Source: Schmidtea polychroa
Lineage: Eukaryota
Assembly (NCBI GenBank): GCA_044892525.1
Contig: CM097885.1
Location: 14,200,001 to 14,264,000 of the forward strand
Direction of reading: 5' to 3'
Length of the DNA: 64,000 nt
Within the stretch, counting starts at the first letter, position 1. The number at the start of each line of letters is the position of its first letter. The notes beneath the pieces were generated by a model. It saw only the letters and a program-made list of their open reading frames with translations. It was not told the origin of the DNA and made no database searches. A program made the translations under genes and the position numbers. Positions 1-12,490 of this stretch are shown here, in pieces.

Positions 1-526
1 TACAATTTAATTTTTATTGTGTTAAATCTAATCCAATTTATCAGTACTGCTTTGTGCATGATATTTTATCATTGCAATTTTGTCACAATAAAATGTGAAA
101 ATGTCAATATGAGGCTCATAGGAACCTTGTACACATCAGAAAATGTCAGACAAATATTTGTAACCATAACGAGATCATTAGATCAATATTTTAATATTTT
201 ATGAAAAATATTTATTTTTATATTTTGATATATTTTTAATTTGTGTTTGCCATTAAAAATGTTAAAATTTTACATTTCGTTATCAAATTGTAATTTAAAT
301 AATTTTTATAAGATTTAAAATAAATGAGAAAAACACTGAAAATTAGCATTAACAATATTTCAAGCTAAAATACAATATTTATAAAATTTTTCTTTATCTA
401 CATCAAAATACAAATTATAAATATTGAAATTGTCAACGTCAGCGAAAATAATTAATATAATAAGTATGATTTATGAATGTTGTAAAATGTTGAAATATTT
501 TGATAATTTTGTTAATTTTAGATAAA

Positions 527-1875
527 ATGTTTGCAAGCGTATGGGAACTAATGAAGAGGAATAAATTTGAATTTGATAATGAAATCAGCAGTGAATTGAT
601 ATGCAGAATTTGCAAATGTTTAATGATAAAAGCTTGCCAAGCTCCTTGTGGTTGTCGCTTTTGTTCTGATTGCATTGAACATTATTTGGATGGAAAAGAT
701 AAATTCTGTCCAGGAGCAGGAAAACATTGTGGAAAGAAAATGATAAATTTCAATAAGGATGTTTCTGAAGATCACGCAGCCAATTTAAGGATTTCAGAAG
801 TGATAGTGAGATGCCCAATGCAAAATTGTCAATTCAAAGATGAATTAGAGGTGATGGAGAGCCACATGAGAACATGCAACAAGCAACCAATAAAATGTTT
901 ATTCAATAGAATCGGATGCGAAATGAATGAGGTGGATAATGACAAAATGAAGGTCCATCTCTATGAGAACAATGAAGGCCATAGCAAATTATTGATCGAT
1001 TAGATCAGTAATTTATGCAATGAGATGCAAGCAATGAGAGACGAGAATGTGACATTGCGTAATGAAATTATCAATATTAATGTAAAATTTTATTTGTAAT
1101 TAATTTTATTGATATTTGTGATTGTAGGTGAAACTGGGAAATGTTGAAAAGAAAGAGGCGGAAAACAGAGATGAAATAGAAGAATTGAATAAGGAAATGG
1201 TGGCATTGAAGAATGAGAATCGCTCATTGAGAATGGAGATGGAGACAAATATTGGATCAATGAATCAAGTTTGATTATTGATTTGATTTATTATTAATGC
1301 AAAGCAGGTCAGGCAGCAAATTGAGGCGATTGAATCTAAATGTCAACAGCAAATTGATGAGATGAAAAAGAAATGCGAGCAGCGGCTGCAAAAAGGGAAT
1401 GAAAAAGTGATTTATTGATTTATTGACGTGTTTGAATTTGAGATTCAGTTGCAGCTTTTATAAAATTATTATTTCTTGAATGGCAAATCGATAAATTTTC
1501 ACAACAAAAGATAAATGAAAATATTTATAGCGACACATTTTATTCGGGGCCAATCGGTTACAAAATGTGCTTGTGGGTGTGGATTATGGGGTTTTTGGTT
1601 GGTTTCTGTCTGATGCGAGGGGCAAATGATGAGCAAATGGATTGGCCGTTCAATCAACCCGTGACAATCGATGTGATTGATCCAGCAAATGGCAGCATTT
1701 ATATGAGCAAGTCAATAAAATATTCAGATTGCCCTGATGATGCCAGATGGAGGAAACCGTCAGATGACAGAAATGATTCAATTGGCATTTATAATCGTTC
1801 TTTTGGTGATGCCTACCTATCAATTAGCAGCCAAAACTGATAAATTGCTGCTCAGGTGCAGAATTATAAAATTTA
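527..1875 (+). pseudogene. TRAF-family gene (RING, TRAF zinc finger, coiled coil, MATH), probably a pseudogene
   Basis: RING-like CRICKC..QAPCGCRFCSDC; TRAF zinc finger CPMQNCQF..HMRTC; coiled-coil exons separated by short GT-AG introns (about 1082-1127 and 1269-1307); MATH motifs EWQIDKF, YSDTFYSGPIGYKMCL, LMRGANDEQMDWPF. In-frame TAG at 1001-1003 and an apparent frameshift near 1815. Confidence 0.8.
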
Positions 1876-1980
1876 AAAAAATTCAATAAAAAATTAATTT
1901 ATTTTGGCTTTTGATCTGTTTTATTATTTGACTGATTTAATATTTATTTATTGATTTATTATATTGTGATAATAAAATGT

Positions 1981-1987
1981 GTCGTCG

Positions 1988-2022
<35 letters not shown>

Positions 2023-2400
2023 TGCGCACCAGCAGAGCACCAATCAAGAACCGATGATGGCGAGTAACAAGAAACAGTGCTGAAAGGAAACCGCAGTGAG
2101 CATCAACAGCTGTCAGGTGGGTTCAATGCTGCCCTATGAGGTCATTATTGATTAGTGATTTACTGGTGGGAGGCCTGTGAGATGCCGTGAATCTGGTATT
2201 GCTTACGAGAGCACCTGAGAGGGGAACATGGGGATAATGCGGCACTGATTCCTATCGCATCATTTGCTACAAGCTCGCAATCCATTCTACACTGTCTGAG
2301 ATGGCTGCATTCTATCTAGTGATAGATTAGTTTGATTTGCATTTGTAACTGCTCTATGTGGCGGAGCGCTCACGGCAAATTGCCAATTGCAATATCAACA
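1981..2400 (-). mobile_element. possible 3' end of an RTE-like LINE
   Basis: Higher-GC patch whose minus strand contains DRNQCR (like the DRxxWR end motif) and ends in a (GAT)n tail at 1981-2020. Heavily degenerate. Confidence 0.3.
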
Positions 2401-3542
2401 GCATAATAATATTAATTATATAATTAAATCAAAAACATTTAATATAAATTAATTTGAATAATAATTATAATCAAAAAAATTAATTTGAAATGAAATTAAA
2501 ATTCACCCGAATATAAGCGCTGACAAATCGCCTCAAGAAATCAAACGCTCCTATGACGAATGGAACTGACGAGAAAATCGCCGGTGATGTTATATGAGTT
2601 TTAGAGAAATTATTGCTGTACTGAATGGCAGTAAAAAACCTAATTGCAATACTAATATTGTGTTATATCAAATTGATTAGTGCCTTAAAATTTGATCTTC
2701 GGCAGCTATTTGTGAGTCATTTAAACGAAAATCCGGAACAACAATACTGATAAAATGTTCGAAAATTGCTTTCACATCTGTTTGGGTAAGTTTACCAAAA
2801 TTAGAGATGTCGATTCGATGAGGGTAATCGGTGCTTTCTAGAAACTATAAAATTCTGTTACGAATTCTTTTAATAATGAAATGAATTACTTTGAATAATT
2901 TATGCTTTGCATCTTTCATGAAATTTGGATCTCTTAAAGGTCTCGGGTCTGATTTACTAATAATATTATTGTTAATATAATAATAATAATAATAATACTA
3001 TAGTTACTCTGTATTGCTTCGCCCACCATTTGAATTTGTATTGAGATCCTTTTTAAGAGCTAGTGACCTGATTTAATATTAAATAAAGTAACATTTCATT
3101 AATTTATTCACTTTTTCATTCGCAAAATTTTCAAATACAATATTATTTAAACAAATAAGATTTCATATAAATTTATATTTAAATTCACAAAATTGATAAA
3201 TTTTATGAATAAATTTTACTTTTTTAACAAACAACGAAATTTATCTTTAAATCCTGAAGATATGAAAAATATAAGATAATAAGACAACCAGGGTGATCCT
3301 AACTTGAAAGAGTACAAGAAAATATTTTGGAACCTGAATTCCTTTAGGTACATCAGAATTAGAAGGTTGTTCAAGTCAAACTTTCAGGTGTTTGGATAGT
3401 AATGGAGTTTCGGTTGGCAAACAACTCAGAATCTGGCGTGTGTGTTGTTTCTACGTCCTAATGTCGCTGATAGATTTGTAACTCTTACTTAAAAGCATTT
3501 ATGAATATTTTACTTTTTATACATTAATATACCCGTCCGAAC

Positions 3543-4287
3543 CGGTATCCCGTCAAAAGGGCCCAGATATTACGGGTCTGAGGAAACGGCCACCGACATA
3601 AAAGCCTCTGATATAAAGACCCCCGAAAAACCGACCCCTGTTAAAAGGGTCCCCAACAATAGAACCGCTTAAACACTAAGTATACAAAAACACACTGTTT
3701 CCGGAAGTTTCATACACGATCAACAACTATACACTTATCCACACTCGCTCTGGAAACCCTAAATTCTGTTTTACCTCACCGACACATATTCTCTTCCTGA
3801 CCAGCCTGATACATTCACTCTTGCAAAGGCATTCCGTGAATTCTTCACTGACAAGATTCATCGAATTCGTGCCAAATTTACTATTCCGGCTTCTCCTGGT
3901 CCATATGATATTCAAACTTCTCTTTCGCCAAAACCTTTCCATGGTACTATATGCATGTGTAATAACAAATGTATAGAACCTATCGTAAACAGTCTAAATC
4001 GTCTGTAGTCAGAGATTAGTAGGCATTCTTTTGGCCTTTACTAAATGACGCTTATAAAGTTACGGATGACGTCGTTTTGAAGTCAACATACGTACAATCT
4101 TTCTTTTCTACATACAAATATTTCAATCTTCGCGGTCCTTTTGACGTGGGCCCTTTTGACAGGGATCGTTTTTGGCAAGGACTCTTTTATCAGAGGCCCA
4201 TTTTTCAGGGCCGTTTTGCCAAGGGCCTTCTTGTTGTGGATCGTAATATTGGGGCCATATTATTGTGGCCCTTTTGACGGGTTTCCG
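3543..4287. mobile_element. non-autonomous TIR element (Mutator-like MITE) with subterminal repeats and an internal LINE fragment
   Basis: Left end CGGTATCCCGTCAAAAGGGCC is inverted to the right end GGCCCTTTTGACGGGTTTCCG. Degenerate ~15 bp repeats extend ~130 bp inward on both sides. No target-site duplication (TSD) seen. Confidence 0.6.
3700..3940 (+). mobile_element. L2/CR1-like LINE ORF2 fragment (EN-RT linker)
   Basis: Plus-strand peptides YTLIHTRSGNPKFCF and AFREFFTDKIHRIRAKF resemble the FxxFFxxKIxxIR linker motif. Confidence 0.45.
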
Positions 4288-4298
4288 TGCAACCACCA

Positions 4299-4510
4299 TG
4301 TTGGGAATGTAGATAGTCGTTTAAAATAAATAAGAAAGTGAGCTCTATTTCTAAAAGTAGATTACGAGTTGGGAGAACAATCTATGTTTATCCTTGCAAA
4401 TTTCGGCCTTTTCCTGCTGTTGCTCACACTTTACCATATTTCTTTTCGTAACTACACTTAACTATTGATTTTACAACTAAATGCCCGTCGCTAGAGACAT
4501 TGGTGCTCCA
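4299..4510 (+). mobile_element. possible LTR (TG...CA) followed by a primer-binding site
   Basis: TG at 4299 and CA at 4498-4499, followed by TGGTGCTCCA, which is complementary to a tRNA 3' end. Lies upstream of the Gypsy pol. No second LTR is present to confirm it. Confidence 0.3.
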
Positions 4511-4799
4511 ATTTAGTTGGTGACTGTGCTGTTCGTGATCCTTATGGTTATTATCACACGTTTGTTGTTATTATTATCATAATTAATTTAATTTCAAAAA
4601 CAAAATATTGTCAAGAAAGAATTAAAAAATAATGATAGCAGGATTAAATTTAATAATGTAGAACCTTTATATAATAAAATTTGTAATTTTAAAAAGTTTC
4701 CTTTAAATAATTTTAAATGTTATAGTTATTTTATTGCTGATCGATCTTTAATAAATAATAATAATAATCCTAAGAATCAAGAAGAGTATAATGAAATTA

Positions 4800-7187
4800 A
4801 AGAAGCTGAATATAATAATAAAATAGTAAATGAAAAAGTTTATAGATTTATTAAAAAGGCAGAAGATAAATTAGAGAGAAATGAAATTGGGTGGATTAAT
4901 AAAATATCAGAGGAGCAAAATATTTTCACTAAAGATGAATGGAAACGACCGATACTGAGTTATGACAAAATGCAATATAAACCGAGTACAACTCTAGAAA
5001 TTCAGAGCTATAGAGTGGAATGCTTACTAGATACAGAAGCAAGAGTAAATGTAATGGCAGAAGCAGTTGTGGACAAATTAGTGAATGTGAAAATCATAAA
5101 AACAGATAAGATGTTAAGATGTGCAAATGATAGTAAATTAGAGACAATCGGAAAAATACATTTTGAAGTTAGAATTGGTAATATGGAAAGAAAAATAACA
5201 TTTATAATAGTTAAAAATAATGTTCCAGATATAATAGGCGGAGTGGAGTTGCAGAAAGAGTTTGGAATTGAATTAAACTACATCAAGCAAAATGAAGAAG
5301 GATATAATGAATTTGTGTGTGAAATAGTAGCTAGATTTGATGAAAGGATTACAGATAACGAGAGATGTCAAAAAGTAATAGAAATTCTAAGATTAAATGA
5401 AGATAAAAGACTGTTAGAGATTGTTGAAAACAATAAAAGCGTTTTTATGGCTAATAACTGGGATATTGGATGTACTGATTTAATTGCACATAAAATCATC
5501 ACAAAAGAAGGGCCAATTATGATAAAACCCAGAAGACAACCCATCAATTTAGAGGAGAAAATAAATGCTGCTATAAAAAATTTAGAAAATAATGATAACA
5601 TAAGAAGATGTAATTCACCTTGGAATACGCCGTTAGTATGCGTGTGAAAAAAAGACAAAAAAGATATCAGACTTTGTTTAGATTTTAGAGCTTAATAAGA
5701 TTACTGAAAGACAAGCTTTTCCTATGCCGAATGTAGAAGAAATTCTAGATACATTACATGGATCTAAGTACTTTAGTTCTATAGACCTTGGGAACGCTTA
5801 TTATTAGGTGAAATTGGACATAGAATCGCAAGAAAAGACAGGATTTTCCACTAAAGAAGGGCAATTTTGTTTTAATAGAATGCCTTTTGGCATTGCGGCG
5901 ACACCGGGTACATTCCAAGAGTTAATGATAAAAATATTGAAAGATCTATGGAAAGAAGGAGTTATGGTGTATTTAGACGATATTTTAATTTTTACAAGAA
6001 CAATTGAAGAACATTGAAATGTGTTTGGAAAAGTTCTAGAGAAAATAAGGGAATCTAAACTGAGAATCAACCCAGAAAAATGTCAGTTATTAAAGAGCGA
6101 AGTAAAGTTTTTAGGACACATTATTAACATTCAGGGGATTCGGACAGATCAAAGTAAAATTGAGGCTATTAAAGAATTTGAGAAGCTTTTTAGGTATATG
6201 TAACTATTATCTGAGATTTATTAAGGAATATGCAACAAAATCAAGAGCGCTAGAAAGCATATGTGGAAGCAATAGTGAAAAATTAATCTGGACTGAGGAA
6301 TGTGAGAAAGCTTTTGAAGAAATGAAAATGGCGTTGACTACAGCGCCAATTCTCGTATTTCCAGATTTCAAGAAAGAATTCATATTAGATACAGACGCAA
6401 GCTTTGATACAATTGGAGCTGTATTATCACAAAGAGATGAAATGGAGCATGAACACGTTATTGCATATGGATCCCATGCAATTAGTAGCCATGAAAGAGG
6501 ATATTATATAACACGAAAAGAGCTTTTGGCTATATATTATTTCTGTCACCATTTCAACCATTATTTATACGGTAAACGGTTTGTTTTGCGCACTGATCAT
6601 AAAGCAATAACTTTTATGTTAACGACAAAGAAGCCGATAACAGCACAGTTCCAAACGTGGATAAATTACTTGAGCAGTTTAGACATAAAAATGGAGTTCA
6701 GAAAAGGTACGGCGCATACGAATGCAGATATGCTGTCTAGAAATACATGCGGCAAATGTGTACAATGTTTGATGGACCATTATAACCCCAAATCAGGGCG
6801 ATTAAAAACTAGATTGTTAACATTGATGACCGAAAATAATGGAAATGAATGGCAAAAAGATAATGCAGAAATACAAGAAATAAAAGATCAAATAAATGAA
6901 AGGAAAAATAATAAATATATTTTAAAAGGAAATATTATTTATACCAATCAAAACAAAATATGGATACCAGAAACAAAAAGACGAGAAATGATTAAGGAAA
7001 CACATTTATTATTATGCCACGCAGGAGTAGAAAAAGTTATGAAATATATTAGGAACAATTTTGATATGGAAGATTTGCTAAATGAAGTAAAAGAGACTAT
7101 TTCAATATGTGAAACAAAGTTTTAACTACAAAGTCAAAAGAAAAAACCCAAGTAATTCAAGCTTCAGAACCCATGGAGAAAATATAC

Positions 7188-7190
<3 letters not shown>
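4800..7190 (+). mobile_element. degenerate Ty3/Gypsy pol (protease, RT, RNase H, integrase N-terminus)
   Basis: LLDTEA protease site (DTG degraded); SPWNTP, RMPFG and YLDD RT motifs; FILDTDAS, ELLAI and TDHKA RNase H motifs; HLLLCH integrase zinc motif. Several stops and frameshifts; ends at a (TTA)n tract. Confidence 0.93.
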
Positions 7191-7281
<91 letters not shown>

Positions 7282-7288
7282 TATTACT
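7187..7288. repeat. (TTA)n microsatellite
   Basis: Seen directly. Confidence 0.95.
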
Positions 7289-7716
7289 AGAATTCTCGGT
7301 CGACCTCTGTAACTGCAATCTGTCGAAAAAGAAAGATTGTAATGGGTTTTTTTGAAGCTAGTAATATTTAACATAGAAAATGTAGCTTGAATTAATTCAC
7401 CATTTTAGAGATTTTCCTGTTTTTGCAACTGAATTATAAATAACAATGAGCCAAGAAATTTGCTTCTATTATTGGCCTGATGATGTTTGCTACTGAAATA
7501 TTCATTTGAATGATTTTTGAAAATCTTAAAATTAATCTGCCGGTAGGCTAATAATTTGATATCATTTTTAACTTCATCATATCTTCAACTGACACTATTG
7601 TCAAGACATTTAAAATTATTCAAATTGTCTTATAAAATAATATTTGTTTTTAAGTTTAAATAAAATTTGGAAATAATTAACGACATCGGTTAATTTTGTA
7701 ATTAAATCCAATAATT

Positions 7717-7717
<1 letters not shown>

Positions 7718-7809
<92 letters not shown>

Positions 7810-7862
7810 TTCATAATAATAATAATAATATTCATAATAATAATAATGTTAATGATAATAAT
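7718..7862. repeat. (TAA)n microsatellite
   Basis: Seen directly. Confidence 0.95.
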
Positions 7863-8070
7863 AAATCGTTATCAATCTATTTTTTAAGTCTGTGATAGAT
7901 TGGCATTACTTATTCTAAATGACCAATCAGAAAATGTTGAAATTTCTGTTACTATTTTTAGAAACGCGTTGTCATTCAATCCACGGTGGAGAATTTGATG
8001 CAATTCAGAATCACTATAAATATTCAATATTTTCTATGATTTTTATTATTCGATTTCATTATTGTATTAA

Positions 8071-8699
8071 ATGGGAATACTTTTCAGTAGATTATACAAA
8101 TTGCTAAACGAGTTATCTCAATCTGATCCTCGGAGAATCCTAATGTTGGGATTGGATGCTGCTGGTAAAACCACAATTCTATACAAATTGAAACTCAATG
8201 AAACTGTGACAACGATTCCAACAATCGGATTCAATGTGGAGGAAGTTTCAATTGGGAAAGGTTTGAAATTCACAATTTGGGATGTGGGAGGTCAAGAGAA
8301 GATTCGACGGTTATGGAGACATTACTATACAAATTGCCATGGATTGATTTATGTAGTGGACAGCAATGATGTGGAAAGGTTGAAGGAATCAAGAGATGAA
8401 TTATTTACGATTGCTAAATGTGACGAGATGAGAAATGTAAATCTAGATTTGATAGGAAATTGAAATGTTTAACATTGATTCAGATTCCAATAGTGGTGAT
8501 TGCAAACAAACAAGATTTACCAAATGCCATGTCACCAAGTAGAATTGTGGAAGGGTTAGAATTATCGAAACTGGAGCGCACTCACAAATGGCATCTGCAG
8601 GCATGTTGTGCAGTTTCCGGTGATGGACTGTACGAGGCATTGGAAGCAGCAGGGAAATTATCATCAGAATACTTGAAGAGTTGTAAATCATTTCGGTAG
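8071..8699 (+). CDS. ARF/ARL-family small GTPase, 193 aa; exons 8071-8436 and 8484-8699
   Basis: MG start, [30 protein letters not shown] and CA motifs. A 47 nt phase-0 GT-AG intron joins the two ORFs in frame. CCAAT and TATAAA upstream, AATAAA downstream. Confidence 0.93.
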
Positions 8700-8888
8700 A
8701 TTGTTGGAAAGGTTTTCTGAAGGGAGATTGCGAGACATATTTTCAATAAAATTATTTTTCTGTTTTTTATTTTGTATTTTTGAATAATATTTGTAAAAAT
8801 TTATTTAAATAAAATTCAAAACGATGCGAATTTGTCAATTAATATTATCATAATTTTATTCATCAAGCATAATTATTGTAATAAATTG

Positions 8889-9093
8889 GGTATAAGGACA
8901 ATACCCCCATAACAATATCATCTTGGATAATATACCCTCGGACAATATCCCCCGGGCAATTAATTTATAATTACTAGTTAATAAACTACAATGTATTTAT
9001 TATTATATTCATACTAAAATATATGCATTATTAACAAGAGTGGGGGGCATTTGTCCAGGTGGATATTGTCCGTGGGGATATTGTCCTATACTC
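8889..9093. mobile_element. Mutator-like MITE (~205 bp)
   Basis: TIRs GGTATAAGGACAATA / TATTGTCCTATACTC; internal GGACAATATCCCC-type repeats; flanked by the direct repeat AATAAATTG (8880-8888 and 9094-9102). Confidence 0.75.
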
Positions 9094-9828
9094 AATAAAT
9101 TGACCATGCATTATTTTATAACATATTTTATTACAACATAATGTTTAAATAAGAAAACAAATATTTTACATAAAGGATAAAAATATATTCATTATACATT
9201 CTTAGTTAGATCAGACTTTGTGTTAGATAATTATATGGGGAGAGGAGGCAAAGTTAAGGACCGTCCCAGGTGGCACAAACTCTTGCTACGCCACTGCATT
9301 TTTGAATATATAATTAATTTGCATTCGAATTTTATGCACAGTATTGTTATGCGGAATCAGAAAACTATACAAACTATTTTATTATTTTATTTGTAATTTT
9401 TATTTATAAATATATTGTGATAAAATGACATAATTCATTATTAATTAATAAAGTAAAAACTTAATTTTATTGAATAATTCAATTCTACTGACAAATTAAT
9501 CAGTAGTTAATTCTTTTCACATTTTGATTTCGATATATAAATGAATTTTATCACTGAATATTTTATATTTATATTTAATTTTCAAAATTTTATGACAGAA
9601 ATAAAAGAACTGATTACCTAAAGAATATGATGATGAGATAAAGGATGGCCCTTGCAAGTAAAAGCAATTGTAATTCAACTTCATGATAATTGGAGTTGAG
9701 ATTATCAAAATTATCCTCTAATCAATAGGATTGATAATATTTATGATTATAATTTTATATTATAAGAGAAATTATATTAATGGAATGCAAATGTGTAAAA
9801 TTGGATAAAAAAGAAAATTTTCAAAAAT

Positions 9829-9915
9829 CGCTGGAAAGGTGGAATCGAACCACTTCGGTGTCAACCGACTACAGGTTTGAAGCCTGCACCCCGGACCGCC
9901 GAGGCTCATCCCAGC
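9829..9915 (-). tRNA. tRNA-Sec (anticodon UCA)
   Basis: Minus strand reads GCTGGGATGAGCCTCGGCGGTCCGGGGTGCAGGCTTCAAACCTGTAGTCGGTTGACACCGAAGTGGTTCGATTCCACCTTTCCAGCG (87 nt). This fits the metazoan tRNA-Sec pattern with a long variable arm. TATA-like element near -30 and a T5 terminator. Confidence 0.95.
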
Positions 9916-10099
9916 AATTATGAATTTCTAATTTTCTTATAAATAGATTATATACACTTTACATTTTATTTATAATTATTATTGCTGCAAGTTATTTATT
10001 GTAAATTAATTAAATTCCAGTACAAAGTTGATGTTATCGATATCTCTAGCAAATATATTAATAATTTTATCTTCTTCTGAAAAATTTCTCCAATTATTA

Positions 10100-10510
10100 C
10101 CCTTATGCGGACAAGGCTGAAAACTAGCGCCAAATTATGTATTAGTATTATAAAAACTTATTAAATCTTTTAATTATTTTCAGATTATTATATTTAAGTA
10201 ATATAAGTAAAGAAGTATTTAATTATATTACATATTATATCTAATATAATACCTTTCTAAAGTTGCTGTTGAAAATTTTGCAGAGAAAAAATCTAGAAGA
10301 AAATGTTTCTAAATTAATGTTTTTTTTATTTATGAATTGTATTTCATGTTAATATCTTTTATATATGAATAACTGTAATATTATTTTCGAAATTAAACTA
10401 ATATTTACTATATAACAACAGGAAACAAAATAACCATATTTAGTTTTTAAAAAAAGATTATAAAAGGGCCCCATAAGATTTTTAGAATTGGGGCCCCTCT
10501 AGACCCGGAT
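10100..10510 (+). mobile_element. possible 3' remnant of a hAT transposon
   Basis: MRTRL and AVENFAEKKSRR resemble the end of the hAT dimerisation domain; paired GGGCCCC subterminal motifs follow. Confidence 0.35.
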
Positions 10511-11281
10511 TGAATGTTTTATTGACTTTCTTCCTAATACTGAATATTCAGATAATTAGATGAACAATTCTGTAATTTATACTCTCAAAACATATGATAT
10601 AAAAAATGTGAATGGCTGAGGTCAGTCATGCAATAATGCAGCTCATATGGCTTCTATTCTTATTTCCATATCTAGAATTTTTCACAGAATTCCTGAACCA
10701 GCCCGAAAAGAAACATTCAAAATATCAATTAACTGGGAAGCTCAGTTGAAGGGTGGCTTTCCTTAGTCTATGAGCTCAATATGATGTGCCCATAATATGG
10801 TCAAATAGAATGGAGAAAAAATCGAAATCGGTGCACCAGAAAATCGATGATAGAAAAAAAATATTTTGGCATCTTATTTTGCAGTTGGTATCTAACAGAA
10901 TGATTAAACTGTCAACCGATGCAATAAAAAATAATAATTTCATCTATGTTGCATTCAGGAATTTGAATTTTAATATTTTAAAAGAAAAACTACATAATAT
11001 TTTAAACGATACAATTATTAATGACGAAAATGTCCTTCTAATTAGAGGTTGTGATCGAAAATTCTCAACAATTTACAATTTCTCAATTCTCGAGAATTTC
11101 AATTTATTTCTCGATAGAAAAGATAATTTAAATCAAATTAATTTTAAACTACTGAAAAAGAGGAAATACATTTTCTAATAATAATTTTTTTAAAAGTAAG
11201 ATTAAAGCAATAAATCGATAATATCGTACTAAAATTTTTCTTCTTTAAACGTAAGCACATTATGAAAAAAATAAAAAAAAA

Positions 11282-12490
11282 ACTGGCTTTTTTAAAATTT
11301 TAAACAATTAAATAATTTATTTTAATTTCAATGTTTAAGCCATCAAATGGAGCAGACACATTACGAAAATTGTTGGTAACATTTTAAAAAAAAACCTGGG
11401 GATAAAGATATAGCTGTTTGTAATCTATGTAAAAAATCTATATCATGCAAAGCATCCCTTCATCGGCAAAAGTATAAAAAAGCAGGGATTTTCTTTGCCA
11501 TAGCGGCCATCAGATGTCATGAATTCGGTGTATAAGTATTATTGCTTAGTGAAAGATAAACTAGTTTTTAAAATCAAATCGCTAAAAGAACAGGATTCCA
11601 AATTTAGTTTGTCTACTGGCTTTTTTAAATTTTAAACAATTAAATAATTTAATTTTAATTTCAATGTTTAAGTCAGTGTTTCTCAAACGGTGTGCCGTGA
11701 GGTTGAACCAGGTGTGCCGCGAGACTTTTTTTTGCAAAAAAATTTGGTAATAAAAAAAATTTACAAAAACTATATCAAGCTTCTGTGGATCAAAATTACA
11801 AAGAATTGTCTTTATTAACTTATAAAAATCGCTCGTAATCATATTTAATTAGTATAGACTAAAAGGTAGCTTTTTTATATATCATTGAAAAGTCAAAAAA
11901 TTTGAAAAAATATTTGATTTTTGGACAGGTGTGCCGTGAGCGAGAAAAGTCTGAGAAACACTGGTTTAAGCCATCAAATGGAGCAGACACATTACGAAAA
12001 TTGTTGGCAATATTTAAAAATAACCTGGGATAAGGATATAGCTGTTTGTAATCTATGTAAAAAATCGATATCATGCAAAGCATCCCAAACAACTGGACCT
12101 CGTCGACATTTAACTGGTCATCATAGCATGAAGAAGATAGCAACAGCAACTGCAGGCAGTTCAAAAACCATTAACGCTTGAAAAATCTGTGACTGTCACG
12201 AATGCAAATAGTGATATTGAAACATTGGAAGAAATTGTGGCTAAATTAGCAGCCAAAGTTGGTTTCAGTATTTTGGCTATAACTAAAAGCGAGTTTATTC
12301 GTAAAAGTATAAAAAAGCAGCGATTTTTTTTGCCACAGCGGCCATCAGATGTCATGAATTCGGTGTATGAGTATTATTGCTTAGTGAAAGATAAACTAGT
12401 TTTTAAAATTAAATCGCTAAAAGAACAGAATTTTAAATTTAGTTTGTCTATTGATGAATGGACCAGTTTCAAAAAAGACGGTACATTAAT
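11282..12490 (+). mobile_element. degenerate hAT transposase (BED finger and N-terminal catalytic region), partly tandem-duplicated
   Basis: BED finger WQYLK..AVCNLCKK..RRHLTGHH and FSLSIDEWTS. An internally deleted copy (11282-11615) precedes a fuller copy. Confidence 0.8.
11674..11963. mobile_element. hAT (Charlie-like) MITE, 290 bp
   Basis: 12 bp TIRs CAGTGTTTCTCA / TGAGAAACACTG; 8 bp TSD GTTTAAGT / GTTTAAGC; the empty site is present at about 11333-11340. Confidence 0.9.

Noticed and set aside
7109..7374. poly-Ile and poly-Leu ORFs (also 15696-15905 and duplicates)
   Set aside because: These are microsatellite translations.
7476..7505. CTGATGA..GAAA hammerhead-like motif
   Set aside because: Stems I and II do not form convincingly.
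9238..9297. CTACGCCACTG hAT-like terminus
   Set aside because: Single short end with no partner or TSD found.
10786..11178. 130 aa ORF
   Set aside because: No motif, low-complexity AT-rich composition; it probably spans transposon ends.
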